Assembly: GCA_965235115.1 (NCBI GenBank)
Contig: OZ249439.1
Coordinates: 17,236,001-17,300,000, forward strand
Length of the DNA stretch: 64,000 nt
Direction of reading: 5' to 3'
Source: Laetmonice hystrix
Taxonomy: Eukaryota
Shown: in pieces, positions 60,694 through 64,000 of the stretch
How the letters are laid out: each line of letters starts with the position of its first letter
Numbering within the stretch: position 1 is the first letter of the stretch
Notes under the pieces: generated by a model
The model's database searches: none
What the model was told of the DNA's origin: nothing
The model's input: the letters and a program-made list of their open reading frames with translations, nothing else
Program-made: the position numbers and the translations under genes

Positions 60694-60855
60694 CAGGGCT
60701 GTCCATCTGTCGCATTGTCGCAAAAAAAGTGCGACAAGGACCATGAAATTTGCGACAAGGGCTTCCCCCCAAAAGAAAAGACACCCCAAAGACCAGACAC
60801 TTTGCTCCAATCAGTTGGAATTCTGCTCCAAGATTTGCAAGGGTGGCCAGCCCTG
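60694..60855. mobile_element. 162-bp MITE with CAGGG termini and 5-bp TSD (hAT5-like)
   Basis: TIRs cagggctgtccatc / ggtggccagccctg (2 mismatches), with GATAT on both flanks. Confidence 0.8.
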
Positions 60856-61104
60856 GATATGCTACCATCAACGGCATGGGCCACACGGTCGAGATGCGGC
60901 AGCGCCTGCTGGCGGAAATTTTGATAACTATGGCATTAGTTGGAGATTCTCTTACAATCTGTAACGCTACTAAAATATTATGATCATTTCACATTTTGAT
61001 ACCTTATCCCTACTTGATATATGATAGTTATGTTTCTGTTCGTCGTTATTGATGTTTGAAGTGAAAGCTCAAGACGGTCCGCGATTAGCCTACGCTTTGA
61101 CAGC

Positions 61105-61257
61105 CGTGATTAGTTCCATAATACCCGCTAGATGGCACTGAATAAGGTGCTGCCATCTATCGTTTTAACTCTGAACTAATATTCAGTTCCAAGTCAAAAG
61201 GATAGAGGGCAGCACCCTTTTCCGTGCCATCTAGCGGGAATTATGGAACTAATCACG
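61105..61257. mobile_element. 153-bp palindromic element with 34-bp inverted arms
   Basis: cgtgattagttccataatacccgctagatggcac / gtgccatctagcgggaattatggaactaatcacg (1 mismatch). No TSD seen. Confidence 0.75.
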
Positions 61258-61975
61258 ATTCATTGGCAGCAGTGGAACTTCACTTGGGTTCGGCACTTCA
61301 AGACTCAAACGAACGAAATAATGCTTAAGAGGGAGGGAGGGAGCTAAGAAATCAGAAATCAAAGGTTGAAATGATGATTGGATTTCCTGCAGATTCTAAG
61401 TGAATTGCCAAAGGAATCGTGTCGAACTTGTGTTGATGTAAAATCATTTTCAGCTTCAAGGTTTCATAAAAGTGCCGCCAGCAGGCGCTGGTGTATATTG
61501 ACCGTTCCGAGAATGGGTGGCATAGTATAGTGGTATAGGCCCGTGGGGCCTCCCAAGGTATGTGTTGTACGTCACAATATTATACTTCCATATTATCATA
61601 TTAAAACAGTATTGTGACTTTGTGTTCTTTATGCCACAAAGCCCCCCCCCCTTTTTTTAGAGGCAGCTAGAACACAACTAAAAGTCAGAACACAATAAGG
61701 TAAAAATTTAGAGTTAGCTTTTTTGGGATTCAACATCACTCCCTAAAACCCCTATTAATTATACGATTGCCTACTGGCAGCCCCCCCCCCCCCGCAGTGG
61801 CAGGCCTTCGAGGGTCGCCACAATACTTTTACAGTTGTCGGTAGGCGCCCTATATATAGGCCCTAGGCGCCCGCCCCCCCCCCCGCCCCCCGCCCCCCGC
61901 CCCCCGCCCCGCTGCTGAAGACTGGAAGTCTTGAAGCTGTTTTAAATTTGACTTTTGGGCTGAATTTTGAGACCG

Positions 61976-62258
61976 TGATATTCATCCTGGATGGCAGGAG
62001 AATGCATGCATAGGTTTGCACTTTATAGTTTTGAAAATTTTCCGGGGGCGTCTCTTGGCCCGAAAATGATTTAGGTCATACCGCATTTTCCATTTCCTAG
62101 GTAATTGGCAACTATGATATTCATCCTGGATGGCAGGAGAATGCATGCATAGGTTTGCACTTTATAGTTTTGAAAATTTTCCCGGGCGGGGGCGTCTCTT
62201 GGCCAGAAAATGATTTAGGTCCTACCGCATTTTCCATTTCCTAGGTAATTGGCAACTA
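61976..62258. repeat. Tandem duplication of about 140 bp (139 + 144 bp)
   Basis: tgatattcatcctggatggcagg...ggtaattggcaacta occurs twice. The second copy has a 5-bp insertion. Confidence 0.92.
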
Positions 62259-63254
62259 TGTTATTCCTAAATGTTGACGTGTTAGTCCACAGGCTGTCAT
62301 TGCACAATGGATACGATAATAAAATCTCACGAAATACTTTACGGTGGGGCAGGGGTAGGCCTAGATCTACGTGTAGGCAGTAGGCCTACTGAGATAAGGG
62401 GGGGGGGGCAAATGAGGTGTGTGTGTGTGTGTGGGGGGGGGGGGGTCCCAACCATATTAGTAATTCATTTAGATCTATTTAGTTATTTATTTATCTATTA
62501 ATTATCTTCTTTTTGGGGGGGGGGGGGTATTCCTCCCTGTGCATGTGCTGTCACCTGGAGGACGATCGAGTTAGACTGTACTCTAGTACCAGCACATTCC
62601 GTCAGGGAACTGACGGCGTTCGTGAGAGGGTCTAGGCACCTGTGAAAAGGCACCTTTTAAAGTACACTTTATTAATCACTGAAACACCGACCCTGACTTT
62701 ACTAATGTAACTACAAGATCTTATCTATCGACTATGACTATGCTTTCCACCCATTTTAATCATGTGATTTGCTCGATTGTGGCGCCACATGGTGTCGATG
62801 GACTACATCACAAGACGTACGTAAGCTTGGATCTGATTGGTCCAAACGAATCTCCGGTATAATGGCGGAAAGTGCAATGAGTAATCGTGCAAGATGTGTG
62901 AAATTTGTTGATTTTACGCTTACCATTCCATGAAACACTCGTGGCAGGGTGACCAGAAAGCAAAACCCACGAGAATATTTTAACTACGTGTTTGTGGATT
63001 TGTTTCGCTACCGGATATTACCTGTTTTATTCTGAAGGCAGTTTGAATCGTGGTGGAGTTGACAAACGTCGACCGACACCGAGTCGAGTGTGGTGTAGGC
63101 TGTACTAGGCTAGCAGTGAGGATTGAGTTCGCCGAGGCCACGCGTTACCGTAGGTCCACAACAGACTGTTGAGTCCAAGGCTAAGCTATCTCAACGATGT
63201 ACAAATAGACCTGTGCCCTGTATACAATTGAAGACACTTATTACACACCAGGCG

Positions 63255-63323
63255 ATGTCTTCACTATTCCCTCCCAACAAGATGGAAGGAGGGAAGGACA
63301 AGAGTAAGCGCGGCAGTAGTTTC
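63255..63323 (+). CDS. Probable first coding exon of an unidentified downstream gene (MSSLFPPNKMEGGKDKSKRGSSF)
   Basis: In-frame ATGs at 63255 and 63282, ending at a TTC|GTAAGT donor (63324), downstream of a CpG-rich promoter-like patch (63.0-63.2 kb). No homology recognised. Confidence 0.35.
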
Positions 63324-64000
63324 GTAAGTATTACTATTATTTATTTATTTTGTTTAAAAAATAAGTAAACTAACTGTAAGTCGTAATATAACCAATCATA
63401 CTGACAGTCAGATTGGTCGATGCTCTGTCTGTAAGCAGAGCAAAAACACAAAAGGTGAGTAGAGAGTCGGCCTCAGAGACTGAGAGAGTGGAATTATTCT
63501 GTAGATCTTCTTACAGTACACAATGTTTGTAGATCGAGAGGCTCTATCCCCAGGGGAACGCAGAGGCAGAGTCTCTCGGACTAAATTTTTGGTGAGATAA
63601 CATGTTTCAGGTGGAATTATGGACAAAAATTTATGTTTAAATTCGCGAAATTTACACAGATAGGCAATCTCAGTTATTCGTCCTTTACATGGTTTTTGAG
63701 TGCTGACATGCCAGACAGTTCCAATGTTTTAATTTTTTGAAAAGCACCGGCTGTAGACTTTGACACTGGCACCTTCTCATGGCACCAACATATCCAGGCC
63801 CCGAAGGCCAGCAGGGTTAACACAGGCCTTGCCATTTGCTGGGCGCAATCGCGCTTGCGCCCCTAAGCGCCCACAAAATTTGTGTCACTGTCAGAAGTGC
63901 TATTCATCGCAGCCCTCATCTTCACTGGCTGAGGCATTCCGAACTGGCGTTCGTCCTTAGCCGCATCTGAAAAACGCTCTCTGTCTCCTCCTTGTCCCCC

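Overview
Eukaryotic genomic DNA. The intron-rich genes, GT-AG introns and TTAGGG-like patch suggest a bilaterian invertebrate (inference); nothing looks prokaryotic. Two spliced genes could be assembled by hand with consistent phases, arranged head-to-head around a promoter at about 45.3-46.0 kb. On the minus strand is an SLC36-family proton-coupled amino acid transporter (9 coding exons, 40084->36403, 474 aa). On the plus strand is CHM/Rab escort protein 1 (17 coding exons, 46025->58163, 707 aa). A probable first coding exon of a third gene starts near 63255. The left 33 kb has no recognisable protein gene. It is a CpG-rich, enhancer-like landscape with scattered candidate exons, minisatellites, an assembly gap and several non-autonomous DNA transposons (MITEs) whose TIRs and TSDs can be read directly. 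The most unusual items are: (i) a 63-bp tandem array in CHM intron 5 whose units carry an acceptor-like AG, an in-frame 30-nt CxxC cassette and a consensus GTGAGT donor; (ii) a 195-bp inverted repeat pair bracketing 3.1 kb of CHM intron 1 with one-sided CpG decay; (iii) a palindromic MITE carrying two convergent CTCF-type motifs; (iv) a possible unannotated minus-strand transcript starting just past the SLC36 poly(A) site, with a MITE inside one exon. All calls were made by eye; no alignments or database searches were run.
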